Assembly (NCBI GenBank): GCA_023382385.1
Contig: JAHDVH010000002.1
Span: 136,219-200,218 of the forward strand
Origin: a bacterium
Lineage (GTDB): Bacteria > Electryoneota > RPQS01
Length of the DNA: 64,000 nucleotides
Reading direction: 5' to 3'
Below the pieces are notes generated by a model. It did not search any database. It was not told the DNA's origin and was given only the letters and a program-made list of their open reading frames with translations. This document shows, one piece after another, positions 37,715 to 47,985 of the stretch. Numbering within the stretch: the stretch's first letter is position 1; each line of letters opens with the position of its first letter. The position numbers and the translations under genes are program-made.

Positions 37715-38426
37715 CAAGCAGCCGATTCATGCCGCACTGTTCGGTGCAGCGGGGAGAATGGGGAAAGTAATCTTGCACGAGACCCGGCTGAGCGGCCGGA
37801 TTAAAGTGACCAATGCCTACGATCCTGCTGGTGCGGGGATGTATTTTGACGACTTGCTGATCCAGCCGAACTGCTACGGCATGCACGACCACGTGGAAGT
37901 GGCGATTGATTTTTCTCTGGCCAAGGCGGTGGAGGAGAATGTCAGATACTGCCGCAAAGCCGGAGTGAACTATGTGTGCGGCGTGACGGGACTCTCGGAG
38001 ACGACCCATCACGCGCTGCGTGAGGCGGCCAAGGAGATTGCCGTGCTGTGGGCACCGAACATGTCTCCGGCGATGAATGTGCTGTTTGCACTGGCTGCGG
38101 AAGCCACGGCCGCACTGCCTGAATACAAGGTCTATCTATCCGAGTCGCATCACACCCAGAAGCTGGATGCGCCGTCGGGCACGGCGGTGCGCATAAGCGA
38201 GATTGTGCAGGACACGATTGGCCGGAAGCCGGAAGTGTTCTCTCTGCGCATGGGAGACGTGGTCGGCGAGCACACGCTGGTCCTGGGCGGACACGGCGAA
38301 CGGTTGGAAATCACGCATCGTGCCGATTCGCGCGCGGTGTTTGCGCACGGTGCCTTGCGCGCGGCGGAGTGGCTGGTCGGACAACCGGCAGGGTTTTACA
38401 GCATGGCGGACGTGCTGGGGTTATGA
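37704..38426 (+). CDS. dapB: 4-hydroxy-tetrahydrodipicolinate reductase
   Basis: 'ALFGAAGRMGK' NAD(P)-binding N-terminus and 'ESHHTQKLDAPSGTA' match DapB. Overlaps dapA by 11 bp. Confidence 0.9.
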   Translation: MSHSKQPIHAALFGAAGRMGKVILHETRLSGRIKVTNAYDPAGAGMYFDDLLIQPNCYGMHDHVEVAIDFSLAKAVEENVRYCRKAGVNYVCGVTGLSETTHHALREAAKEIAVLWAPNMSPAMNVLFALAAEATAALPEYKVYLSESHHTQKLDAPSGTAVRISEIVQDTIGRKPEVFSLRMGDVVGEHTLVLGGHGERLEITHRADSRAVFAHGALRAAEWLVGQPAGFYSMADVLGL

Positions 38427-40171
38427 TCAAGGCGCGTAACATGCGTTACGTCTTACTCTCTTTGCTGCTTTCTTCCATTTCTTTCTCCCAGTCCATCCCA
38501 CCGGATTCGGTGTGGACGTTTGCGTACGATGACGGCGGGGATGAATTCTTTTACGACGCATTGGAATTGGAGGACGGATATCTGCTGTGCGGCAGGGCTG
38601 GCGCAGATGCGTTGTTGCTCAAGATTGGCCGTGACGGGCGTGTTGTTTGGCAGCAGAGGTTTGCCTTCGACCAGCCGCGCAGGTTCACGAAGCTACCATC
38701 AGTCGGCCGCGTCTGGGGAGAAATCACGAATTCAACCGGCACCGGGCAAAACATCTTCAAAGTTCATTTTGATTCTTTGGGCCGGTTTGTTGAAGAGGAA
38801 GTCATTGGCGATGAAGCCGCACCTCTGCGTGTGCTGGCTGAAGCAACGACGACATACTCTGACGATGAAGAGGGTTACTTATTGGTTTACACAAGCCGCG
38901 TGGCGGGTGAAACCGAAAACTCGATCTTCCGGTATGAGTGCTGCGGCACAGTTTCCAACACGCAGCTGACCAGCGGACGCGGTGACCTTGCGCTTGCGGA
39001 AGACAGGCATTTCGATTTTGCCATCTGCGGGAGGACTCGAGAGCAGGATAGCTACAGTCTTGACGGACTTCTTGTTTGGAGACGCTATCCAGAAGATCCG
39101 GCCGACTTGTTTCGACGTGCGGAATACGGCGGTTCGGAAGATGATTGGTTTAACGATCTCACGGGACAAGACGGTTTGACACCCTATGTTTTGTGCGGCG
39201 GCAGTCGCAGTGAATCAAACGGATCATCGGACTTGTGGGTAATGGGCGTATCGGACACGGGAGCCGTGCGCTGGTCGCGCCACTTCGGCGGTCTTTCCTA
39301 TGAAGACGGCGTGGAAATTGTCAGCTCTGACGATGACGGTTTTATCATCGCGGGGAATTTTTCATCTGAAGATATCGACTTCGAGCAATCGGATTTCTGG
39401 CTGCTGAAGGTTGATGAGAACGGCGACAGCGTGTGGTCGGTGCTGGCGGGCGGAGAAGAAGCGGATCGTTGCGAGGGGATGATCCAGACGGAGCACGGAT
39501 TTCTGCTGTTCGGCGCGTCGCAATCATTTGCCGTGCCGGGGTGGGACGCCTGCGCGATGCTGTTGGCCTATGTGCCGGACCTTGCTGCGGCGCCATCGAG
39601 TTTGAATTTCGGACCGGTGCAAGTCGGAGACAGCGCGACGCGGGTGCTGCATCTTATCAACACGGGTTCGAACACGCTGACAGTGACGGATATACAAGGG
39701 ACGGATGCCTATCACGCGAATTTCAACGGTCCCGCGACCATTGCACTGGGCGAAACACTGAGCGTCACGACGGTATTTACACCGCCGAGCACGGGGAATC
39801 ACGTGGACACACTACGCATATTCAGCGACGCGATTTCCGGAGTGAAGATTGTGCGTTGTCTGGGCGCGGGACTTGTAGCGCATGCCGACGACGCCGGCTT
39901 GCTGCCGCGAGCGTTTGCCTTGCATCCTCCCTACCCGAATCCGTTCAACCCCGGCACGAGTATCTCGTTTGACTTGCCGCGCGATTCGGAGATGACAATG
40001 GAAATTTACGATGTGTCAGGCCGGTTGGTCCGAACGTTGTTCGCAGGGTCGCTCCCGGCCGGCAGCCATCGCATGGTGTTTGAGGCGGACGCGTTGGCGA
40101 CAGGACTGTATTTCGCAGCACTGCGTGCGGGCGAGTATCACGGTGTGCAAAAGCTGATGCTGGTGAAGTGA
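38423..40171 (+). CDS. secreted beta-propeller-like protein with T9SS C-terminal sorting domain
   Basis: Signal peptide 'MIKARNMRYVLLSLLLSSISFSQS'. C-terminal 'PYPNPFNPGTSISFDL...MEIYDVSGRLV..GLYFAAL...KLMLVK'. Start overlaps the dapB stop (ATGA). Confidence 0.75.
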   Translation: MIKARNMRYVLLSLLLSSISFSQSIPPDSVWTFAYDDGGDEFFYDALELEDGYLLCGRAGADALLLKIGRDGRVVWQQRFAFDQPRRFTKLPSVGRVWGEITNSTGTGQNIFKVHFDSLGRFVEEEVIGDEAAPLRVLAEATTTYSDDEEGYLLVYTSRVAGETENSIFRYECCGTVSNTQLTSGRGDLALAEDRHFDFAICGRTREQDSYSLDGLLVWRRYPEDPADLFRRAEYGGSEDDWFNDLTGQDGLTPYVLCGGSRSESNGSSDLWVMGVSDTGAVRWSRHFGGLSYEDGVEIVSSDDDGFIIAGNFSSEDIDFEQSDFWLLKVDENGDSVWSVLAGGEEADRCEGMIQTEHGFLLFGASQSFAVPGWDACAMLLAYVPDLAAAPSSLNFGPVQVGDSATRVLHLINTGSNTLTVTDIQGTDAYHANFNGPATIALGETLSVTTVFTPPSTGNHVDTLRIFSDAISGVKIVRCLGAGLVAHADDAGLLPRAFALHPPYPNPFNPGTSISFDLPRDSEMTMEIYDVSGRLVRTLFAGSLPAGSHRMVFEADALATGLYFAALRAGEYHGVQKLMLVK

Positions 40172-40737
40172 GAATCCTGCTTGGGGTGCTTCTTGGCGCA
40201 CTGCTGCTGGCGGCGTGCGAGAGCGATGATAAACCATCGCAGGGTCAGTCTTACGAAATCGTTGCGGGGGACACGCTGATTACGATTCCCGCAACAGCAG
40301 CGGCCTTTGCGACCGAGCGCTTTGAGCTGCAAGCCTATCTGTTGCGCGAGTATCAGGTCGCGCGCGATCCGAATCTTCCGCGCGACGGAGGCTCGCCGTT
40401 CGCCGGCACGCTGCTCGAGTGGAAGTCTCTACCGTGGAGCGTCCGGCAGACCTTTCTTATCGCGCCCTACACCCACGACGTGTTGACGGACTCACTCGCG
40501 CTCTATTTCTACATGATCGGCACATACGGCACGCAATTCGGCTACGGCTGGAGGGATACGTACGATTCTGAGGCGGACTTGTGGAATAGTGCTCTGAGGC
40601 CGTGGCTCCGCCCTGCGGATTCGACCTTGACACCGGACAACCCCGGAACACTTGAGTTTGACGGAGGATTGGGCGACATGATTGAGTATCGGGGAATGTG
40701 GGGATTTGAATTGCTAATGGAAATTTCTCGAAATTGA
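40168..40737 (+). CDS. hypothetical lipoprotein
   Basis: 'MRILLGVLLGALLLAACESDD' lipobox. Confidence 0.55.
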   Translation: MRILLGVLLGALLLAACESDDKPSQGQSYEIVAGDTLITIPATAAAFATERFELQAYLLREYQVARDPNLPRDGGSPFAGTLLEWKSLPWSVRQTFLIAPYTHDVLTDSLALYFYMIGTYGTQFGYGWRDTYDSEADLWNSALRPWLRPADSTLTPDNPGTLEFDGGLGDMIEYRGMWGFELLMEISRN

Positions 40738-40741
40738 ATAG

Positions 40742-41917
40742 ATGCCGAACCTGATCATCCAGAAATACGGTGGGAAGACACTCGCGACGCCCGAAGATAT
40801 CTTGCAGGTGGCGCGGCTGGTGCATGAGCGCGTTAAGAACGGAACTCAAGTCGTCGTCGTGGTTTCGGCACTGGCGGACACAACGGATCAATATGTGGCG
40901 ATGGCGCGGTCGGTCAATCCGCAGCCGCGCGGCCGTGAATTGGACGTGCTGCTCTCGACTGGTGAACGCGTGGCGATTGCGATGCTCGCGCTCGCATTGA
41001 ATTCAATTGAGAACGACATCGCCGTCTCCCTGACGGGTGCGCAGGCGGGCATCATCACGGATACGCTGCACACAGCGGCACGGATTGTGGACGTGCGGCC
41101 GTTACGGGTGCGTGAAGTACTCGAGCAGGGCAGGATACCGGTGATTGCGGGCTATCAGGGAATTACTACCGACAAGAATATTTCGACGCTCGGACGTGGT
41201 GGCACGGACGCAACGGCTGTTGCATTGGCCGTGGCGCTGGGCGCGGAGCGGGTGGAATTTATGAAAGATGTCGCCGGAGTGGCCAGCGCAGATCCGAAGC
41301 TGGTTACTACGGCACGGATTCTGCCCAGTCTTGACTATCAGGATGCGCTGGCAATGATGGGTTGCGGGGCAAAGATTTTGCAGGTTCCGGCAGTCGAGAT
41401 GGCCGCCGAATTCAAGATGGAGCTTGCGATCGGCAACTCCAAGACCGGCGTGGCGGGCACGATTATCACGGATAAACCACTGGCGCGCCGGACACTTGCG
41501 GCGATTGTGCATACGCCGGCCGCACTTCTGACAATGGACCGCATGGAGTTCAACTTTGTGGAGCGCGGCTTGCGGGAACAGGGGATCCTGCCGCTCTACC
41601 TGCGCGGCGGCGAGCAGCCGCTGGCCGTCTTCAAGGGCAGCGATGAGCCTCACCTGCTGTTTCCACGGTTTGCGGCAAGATTGGAGCGGTCTTACGACGC
41701 GATTTCGCTGTTCGGACCGGGTGCCGGGGGTGTTGGGATGCTGGCGGATCGCGTGGCGGGTTGCCTTGAACCCTATCGAGCAAGTTTGCGGGAAGAATTG
41801 TATCTTGAGGATCGTCTGATTTTGCTGGCCCCTCATTCGATTGCCGGTGAACTTGTGCGCCAATTGCACGAACTATGTCTAAGCATTGACCACACCGACG
41901 TTCATGCACAAAAATAA
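40742..41917 (+). CDS. lysC: aspartate kinase
   Basis: 'IIQKYGGKTLATPEDI..', 'VVVVSA', ACT-domain region; completes the lysine branch together with dapA and dapB. Confidence 0.9.
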   Translation: MPNLIIQKYGGKTLATPEDILQVARLVHERVKNGTQVVVVVSALADTTDQYVAMARSVNPQPRGRELDVLLSTGERVAIAMLALALNSIENDIAVSLTGAQAGIITDTLHTAARIVDVRPLRVREVLEQGRIPVIAGYQGITTDKNISTLGRGGTDATAVALAVALGAERVEFMKDVAGVASADPKLVTTARILPSLDYQDALAMMGCGAKILQVPAVEMAAEFKMELAIGNSKTGVAGTIITDKPLARRTLAAIVHTPAALLTMDRMEFNFVERGLREQGILPLYLRGGEQPLAVFKGSDEPHLLFPRFAARLERSYDAISLFGPGAGGVGMLADRVAGCLEPYRASLREELYLEDRLILLAPHSIAGELVRQLHELCLSIDHTDVHAQK

Positions 41918-41990
41918 CTCTTGCGTCACCGGCTGTGTTGGGGAGAGCTTCGCCGATTGACCTATTGCTACTCATTCTAAGAATCACACC

Positions 41991-43568
41991 GTGACAACGC
42001 AACTTTACCCAGACACCCCGCCCGTGACTGTGCGTGTCGGATTGCTCGAAGGTTATGAGCGCGCGACATTCAAGTACTCGGGGCGCTATAGGATCGAGAC
42101 GCGCTCCGGTCAGCTTTTGCGCGAATCGGACGAGTCGGACTTGAAGTGGCGAGTCCTTCGGGAGAAAAGCACACCCACGAAGTTCCTGTTCAGTGTGCTG
42201 GCAGCGTCGTTCAAGTCGAATGCTGAAGCCATGGAGCTCGCCGAGTCGTTCGAAGCGAAAGGCCTATCAGCGGCCATCCGGCAGGTCGGTGGACCGATTG
42301 AAATCGACGGTGAGATTATCGGGGACAACACACTGTATCGCGTGCAAGTCGGCAATTTCACAGCAGAAGAGCCTGCGCGTGAACTGCTGTCCAAGCTTGA
42401 ACTGGAGTTTGCGCCGCGATTGGTCCGCGAGGTTTTGGTGCATGCGTCCGGCAAACTTGAGATGTTCGACCAAAGCCTCGAACAGCATTTTGAGAGCGAG
42501 GATGGTTTCCGCTTGGTGCCGGACAACCGCGACTGCCGCGTGACGATATACGGCGTGCGGATGAATTCGGGATTTTCCTACGAGCCGACGGAAGACCGAG
42601 TCTACAGCGGCGCGATCGAGTTTTACATCGATCACGAGGGGTATATTGCCGCGCTGACGGAAATACCGATCGACCGGTATTTGCGGGGAGTTGTCGGAGC
42701 GGAAATGCCGCCCGAGTTTCCGGACGAGGCACTGCGTGCGCAGGCGATTGCCTCGCGGAGTCTGGTGATTGCACAAAAGAGCTACAAGCACCTCAACGAT
42801 CAGTTTGAACTGTGCGCACACGTGCACTGCCAGATTTACAGCGGCGTGACACACGAAAACGACCGGATCGTCGAAGCGGTGACCGCGACGCGCGGATTGG
42901 TGCTGACGCATGAGGGGTCGCTCGTGGACGCGCACTTCACTGCAGTTTGCGGTGGTCACACGGAGGATGTGCAGACCACCTGGATGACACCTCCGCTCTT
43001 TGACGGGAAAGGCGTGCCGTGCGATTGCACCGGCACGCTTGAAGTTCCGGATTTGCGCACGGAGACAGGCGTCCGCAAGTGGATTCAATCGCGACCGAAT
43101 TCGTGCTGTAATCTCGAGAGTTCGGATTTGCCTGTAACGCGCAATTACGGCCGGAGACACTTTCGCTGGGAAACAACCCTGCTCCGTTCCGAATTGGAAG
43201 AGATTCTGATGACGAAGACGGGAGTTGACGTTGGCATGATCTACGACATCGTGCCGATCAAACGGGGCTGCAGCGGCCGACTGATGGAGGTCGAGGTGCT
43301 CGGCTCGCTGACCAACATGCGCATCAAGCGTCAGCTTACGATTCGCCGGTTGTTAGCACACACGGCTCTCGAAAGTTCGGCATTTCTGGTCGAGGTGTTG
43401 TACGACGACAAGGGGAATCCGATGGAACTCGTCCTGACTGGGGCGGGTTGGGGGCACGGTGTGGGGCTGTGTCAGGCAGGCGCGGCGCGTATGGCGCTGG
43501 ACGGCAAGAGCGCCGAACAGATTCTCGCGCACTATTATCCGGGCTGCAAAATTGAAAAGAAGTATTAG
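41991..43568 (+). CDS. SpoIID/LytB-domain protein (amidase enhancer family)
   Basis: 'YLRGVVGAEMPPEFPDEALRAQAIASRSLV...HCQIYSG' is the SpoIID core. Confidence 0.8.
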   Translation: MTTQLYPDTPPVTVRVGLLEGYERATFKYSGRYRIETRSGQLLRESDESDLKWRVLREKSTPTKFLFSVLAASFKSNAEAMELAESFEAKGLSAAIRQVGGPIEIDGEIIGDNTLYRVQVGNFTAEEPARELLSKLELEFAPRLVREVLVHASGKLEMFDQSLEQHFESEDGFRLVPDNRDCRVTIYGVRMNSGFSYEPTEDRVYSGAIEFYIDHEGYIAALTEIPIDRYLRGVVGAEMPPEFPDEALRAQAIASRSLVIAQKSYKHLNDQFELCAHVHCQIYSGVTHENDRIVEAVTATRGLVLTHEGSLVDAHFTAVCGGHTEDVQTTWMTPPLFDGKGVPCDCTGTLEVPDLRTETGVRKWIQSRPNSCCNLESSDLPVTRNYGRRHFRWETTLLRSELEEILMTKTGVDVGMIYDIVPIKRGCSGRLMEVEVLGSLTNMRIKRQLTIRRLLAHTALESSAFLVEVLYDDKGNPMELVLTGAGWGHGVGLCQAGAARMALDGKSAEQILAHYYPGCKIEKKY

Positions 43569-43574
43569 GACATC

Positions 43575-44727
43575 ATGAAGTCAGAAGAATTGTCACAGTT
43601 GATTGGTGAGCATCGCTCGAAGTTAGAGACGCTGCGGAGGTCGCTTTGACTACGGTCGAAGGCTTTCCGAAATAGAAAAACTCGAAACGCTGTCCGGCGG
43701 CGCGGGATTCTGGGACGACCAGGAACGCGCGCAGAAAGTGCTCAGGCAGATTTCCGAACACAAATCGTGGGTGGAAGCGTTCAAGAAGGTCGAAGCCGCG
43801 CTCGGTGACCTCGACGCGTTGCGCGAGTTAGCGGAGGAGTCACCCGACGCATTTGGTGCAAACGATTTGGACAGCGAAGCGCAGAAGTTCGTCGTTCTGT
43901 TCGATGAACTCGAAACCCGCGCGATGCTGAAGGATCCAAACGACTCCAAGAACGCGATTATCCATATTCATCCCGGTGCGGGCGGCACAGAGTCGGCGGA
44001 TTGGGCCTTAATGCTCTACAGAATGTATCTGCGTTGGCTGGAAGCACGCGGCTGGAAGGTGGATGTTCTGGATTTTGAGCCTGCGGAAGAAGCGGGGATC
44101 AAATCCGCAGTCTTGGAAGTGCAGGGTGAGTTTGCCTACGGTTATTGCAAAGCGGAGACGGGTGTGCACCGGCTCGTGCGAATTTCTCCGTTCGATTCCA
44201 ACGCGCGGCGTCACACGTCATTTGCCAGTGTGTTTGTTTATCCTGAAGTGGAGGAGGTTCCGGAGATAGAAATTCGCCCGGAGGACTTACGGATAGACAC
44301 GTTTCGCGCATCGGGAGCGGGCGGACAGCACGTAAACCGGACAGAGTCGGCGATTCGCATCACGCACGTTCCCACGAACATCGTCGTGACGTGCCAGACG
44401 GACCGCTCGCAACACCGCAACCGCGACTCGGCGATGAAAGTGTTGCTGGCGCGGCTGTATCAACGCTATCTGGACGAAGAGAAAGCCAAGAACGCAAACA
44501 TTGAGAATCAGAAAACCGACATTGCGTGGGGGCATCAGATTCGCTCCTACGTGTTTCAACCCTATCAGATGGTAAAAGATCACCGGACCGGCGTGGAAAC
44601 TTCGAATATTCAAAAGGTGATGGACGGAGACCTGGACGAGTTTGTGCGCGCCTTCCTGCTGCTTGGAGCACAGGGCAAGTTCGCGCGCTCGCGCGCACAG
44701 GCGAGTAGTGAAGACGAAGAATTGTAG
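43575..44727 (+). CDS. prfB: peptide chain release factor 2, requiring a +1 programmed ribosomal frameshift at 43644..43650
   Basis: Frame 0: MKSEELSQLIGEHRSKLETLRRSL-UGA. The site CTT TGA C (43644-43650) is preceded by the SD-like GGAGG (43636-43640). The +1 frame continues 'DYGRRLSEIEKLETLSGGAGFWDD...' into the 43738 ORF, which contains SPF ('RISPFD') and GGQ ('SGAGGQHVNR'). Confidence 0.9.
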
Positions 44728-44759
44728 AGTCCTTTTCTAAACAATATTCGAGGAAACAC

Positions 44760-46817
44760 ATGAAGCGAATTGCGGTATTGTTGTTGATGCTGACCTTGTT
44801 TGTTGCGGTCGCCTTGGCCAAACAGAAGTCCAATACGGGCGTTGAAGAGCCGTACTACGAGTACGTGCAGAATCAAGCTCTGGTGGGGTTCAGGCAGGAG
44901 GCAACGCAAGCGAAGATTCAGGAAATCGTGTCTCGCGCCGGCGGAACGATTGAACAGTACTCAGACTTGCTTGATTTCTACCTGATCGAAGTTGCCGACG
45001 TGAAGTCTGCGGTTCAGTTCTTCCGTTCGCAAAGTGAGGTGTTGTGGGCAAACTACAATTACATCGCCCGCGCACATTGGGTGCCGAACGATCAGTTTTA
45101 CTCGTTTCAGTGGCACTATCCGTTGATCGGGATGGAGCAGGCCTGGGACATTTCGCGCGGCAATCCGAACGTAGTGGTCGCCGTGCTGGACCAGGGATAC
45201 CAGTTTGATCATGAGGACTGGACGGGAATTCAGACAACCGGCCCGTACGATTTCATCGGCAACGACAACAACCCGTCAGAACCGAATCTGGAAGACTCAC
45301 ACGGGATGCATGTCGGCGGGACTATCTTTGCGCGCACGAACAACACGACGGGAGTTGCAGGCATCGCGCCGCTTTGCACGCTGATGCCGATCCGCGTGTT
45401 GGATAATGAAGGATCCGGTTCGCTGGCGGCGATTGCCAACGGATTTGCATGGGCTGCACAGCAGGGCGCAGATGTGCTGAACGCGTCGCTGGGATTCAGC
45501 ATTCAGAACAACCAGCCGCCGCAGGACCCGGGACAGCCGCTGACCGGTGCTATTCAGCAGTGCGCCAACGCGAATGTGATCATGGCTGTTTCCTCGGGCA
45601 ACGATAACGCTGATTACGTTTCGTATCCTGCGGCTTACCCCGCCTGCATCGCGGTCGGCGCCACAGCCTATAACAACGCGATCGCGCCCTATTCCAACAG
45701 GGGCACGGCGTTGGACGTCACAGCGCCCGGCGGAAACACCGGCGAGGATTTGAATCAGGATGGTTACATTGACGGCGTGCTCTCTACCGTGCGTGCGGCC
45801 TCGCAAGGCGGCGATTACTACACGTTCTGGCAAGGCACATCGATGGCGTCACCGCATGTTGCAGGATTGGCGGCGTTGATTTTGGCAAACGGCTGTCCGC
45901 CGGATCAAGTGCGCAATGCGATCGAATCCACGTGTGTTGACCTCGGCGCACCCGGCTGGGACGTTGTATTCGGTTACGGACGCATCAACGCGCATGCTGC
46001 GTTGCAATACAACTGTCAGGGCGGCGGCGGTGAAACGACGCTCTTCAGTGGACCGATGGACAGCGCCCAAGAAGGCTGGACGGTGGAAGAGGACGGCGCC
46101 GATGGCGTCGGCTGGCGATTCCTGAATTCGGGCAATCCCGACTGCGGTAATCAGCCGCATAGCGGACAGAATGGGCTGTGGCACGACGACGAGCAAGGAG
46201 TCGGCATGCAGGACGATTGGCTGTTCACTCCGCAAATCGCAATTCCCGCAAACGCAACGCAGGTCACTCTCAGTTTCTGGCAGCGCAATTGCTACGTGCC
46301 GGGCTACTATGTTCTGCACGCGCTGTATTATTCGACGAACGGTCAGCAATTCACGCAGGTGGCCGAGTTCAACGCAAACGTTCCGGCGTGGGAGCAGATC
46401 AATGTGAACGCGACATCGCTGGCCGGAAACAACGTGTATTTCGCATGGCGTTATCGCGGCGATTACGCAACCGAGTGGTTTCTGGACGACGTAGTGGTCA
46501 CGGCGCAAATCGGCACGGGCGTGTCGCGCGATGCGGATATCACGATTCCCGAACAGTTTACGCTGGGTAATCCGTATCCGAATCCGTTCAACAACATGGT
46601 GCAAATTCCGTTTGAGCTTGCGACTCCGCAGGAGATCACGCTTGCCGTCTATAACGTGCTCGGTCAGCGCGTCGCCACGCTCGTGAATCACGAGAAGCTT
46701 GAGGCCGGGTCGCATCGCATGACTTGGAATGGTGAAAGCGCGGCGAGCGGTCTATTCCTCGTGCAGCTGCAAAGTGGAAGCAAAGTCGCAACGCAGAAGA
46801 TTCTGCTGGTGAAGTAG
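44760..46817 (+). CDS. subtilisin-like serine peptidase (S8) with MAM-like domain and T9SS C-terminal sorting domain
   Basis: Signal peptide. Triad context 'VVAVLDQGY', 'DSHGMHVGGT', 'GTSMASPHVAGLAAL'. C-terminal 'NPYPNPFNNMVQIPFEL..LAVYNVLGQRV..GLFLVQL..KILLVK'. Confidence 0.9.
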   Translation: MKRIAVLLLMLTLFVAVALAKQKSNTGVEEPYYEYVQNQALVGFRQEATQAKIQEIVSRAGGTIEQYSDLLDFYLIEVADVKSAVQFFRSQSEVLWANYNYIARAHWVPNDQFYSFQWHYPLIGMEQAWDISRGNPNVVVAVLDQGYQFDHEDWTGIQTTGPYDFIGNDNNPSEPNLEDSHGMHVGGTIFARTNNTTGVAGIAPLCTLMPIRVLDNEGSGSLAAIANGFAWAAQQGADVLNASLGFSIQNNQPPQDPGQPLTGAIQQCANANVIMAVSSGNDNADYVSYPAAYPACIAVGATAYNNAIAPYSNRGTALDVTAPGGNTGEDLNQDGYIDGVLSTVRAASQGGDYYTFWQGTSMASPHVAGLAALILANGCPPDQVRNAIESTCVDLGAPGWDVVFGYGRINAHAALQYNCQGGGGETTLFSGPMDSAQEGWTVEEDGADGVGWRFLNSGNPDCGNQPHSGQNGLWHDDEQGVGMQDDWLFTPQIAIPANATQVTLSFWQRNCYVPGYYVLHALYYSTNGQQFTQVAEFNANVPAWEQINVNATSLAGNNVYFAWRYRGDYATEWFLDDVVVTAQIGTGVSRDADITIPEQFTLGNPYPNPFNNMVQIPFELATPQEITLAVYNVLGQRVATLVNHEKLEAGSHRMTWNGESAASGLFLVQLQSGSKVATQKILLVK

Positions 46818-46857
46818 CCTAAGCTTGACTCCCCACACGGTAACGCTACCGGCAGTA

Positions 46858-47985
46858 ATGACTGCCGACGAGGCGAAAGCGCACCGGCCGACGTTCGCCC
46901 GCATATTTCGTGATGCGATCGCCGAGAACTTTGAGCGGTTTCGCCAACTGGCACCGGAGTCAATGCTGATGGCGGTCGTGAAAGCCGATGCCTACGGGCA
47001 CGGCCTGCTGCATTGCGCGCGACTCTTCGGCGAGTTGGGCGCAGATTACCTCGGAGTTGGCTTTGTCGAAGAGGGAATCAAGCTACGACAGACGGGAATT
47101 CAAGAGCGGATTCTCGTGCTGGGTGGCATCGTCGGATCGCAGATCGACTTGTTTCTTGAGTACGATCTCGATCTGACGGCCAGCTCGGTTTTCAAGCTCG
47201 AAGCGATTGAGCGCGAGGCCGGCGCATCGGGCAAGATTGCGCACGTTCATTTGAAGATTGACACCGGCATGAACCGTATCGGGCAGAACTTCCGAACGGC
47301 CGAGCAGTTGTTCAGAGCAGCACGTGCGTCGCGTCATGTGCATGTGGCGGGCATCTATTCGCATCTGGCGACGGCAGAAGATGCGGATACAGCGTTTGCT
47401 CGAATGCAGATTGAACGATTTCGGCAGGTGTGCGAACTTGCCGAGAGTCTGGGGTTGCGCGACACTGCGTATCATCTGGCGAATTCCGCCGGAGCGATCC
47501 GGTTTGCGGATGCGCGGCTGAGCATGATTCGACCGGGCATCGGGCTGTATGGCCAGCACGCCGCACCATACCTTCAAGCGGAATTTCCATTGCGTGCCGC
47601 ACACCAATTGGTTAGCGAGATCGTGTTCGTCAAAGGTGTGCGAAAAGGCGAGGGAGTCAGCTACAATTTGAAGTGGACGGCCCCGGAAAATGTCTGGGTG
47701 GCCACCGTGCCTGTGGGATACGGAGACGGTTATCCGCGCGTGCTGTCGAACAAGACGCACGTGCTGATTGGCGGAAAGCGTTATCCGATCGTCGGAACCG
47801 TGTGCATGGATCAGTTCATGGTCAACCTCGGGCACGACAAGCACGACATCGGCGAAGAAGTTGTGCTCTGGGGCAGACAGGGAAGTGAAGAGATCACGCT
47901 CTGGGAGCTTTGCGAAGCGGGTGGATTCATTCCTTATGAATTGCCGATTTACCTGACGGGCCGTGTTCCGCGGCTGTTCGTGTGA
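46858..47985 (+). CDS. alr: alanine racemase
   Basis: PLP motif 'AVVKADAYGHG' and a C-terminal beta-domain. Start chosen at ATG 46858, which precedes the conserved 'RPTFARI'. Confidence 0.9.
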   Translation: MTADEAKAHRPTFARIFRDAIAENFERFRQLAPESMLMAVVKADAYGHGLLHCARLFGELGADYLGVGFVEEGIKLRQTGIQERILVLGGIVGSQIDLFLEYDLDLTASSVFKLEAIEREAGASGKIAHVHLKIDTGMNRIGQNFRTAEQLFRAARASRHVHVAGIYSHLATAEDADTAFARMQIERFRQVCELAESLGLRDTAYHLANSAGAIRFADARLSMIRPGIGLYGQHAAPYLQAEFPLRAAHQLVSEIVFVKGVRKGEGVSYNLKWTAPENVWVATVPVGYGDGYPRVLSNKTHVLIGGKRYPIVGTVCMDQFMVNLGHDKHDIGEEVVLWGRQGSEEITLWELCEAGGFIPYELPIYLTGRVPRLFV

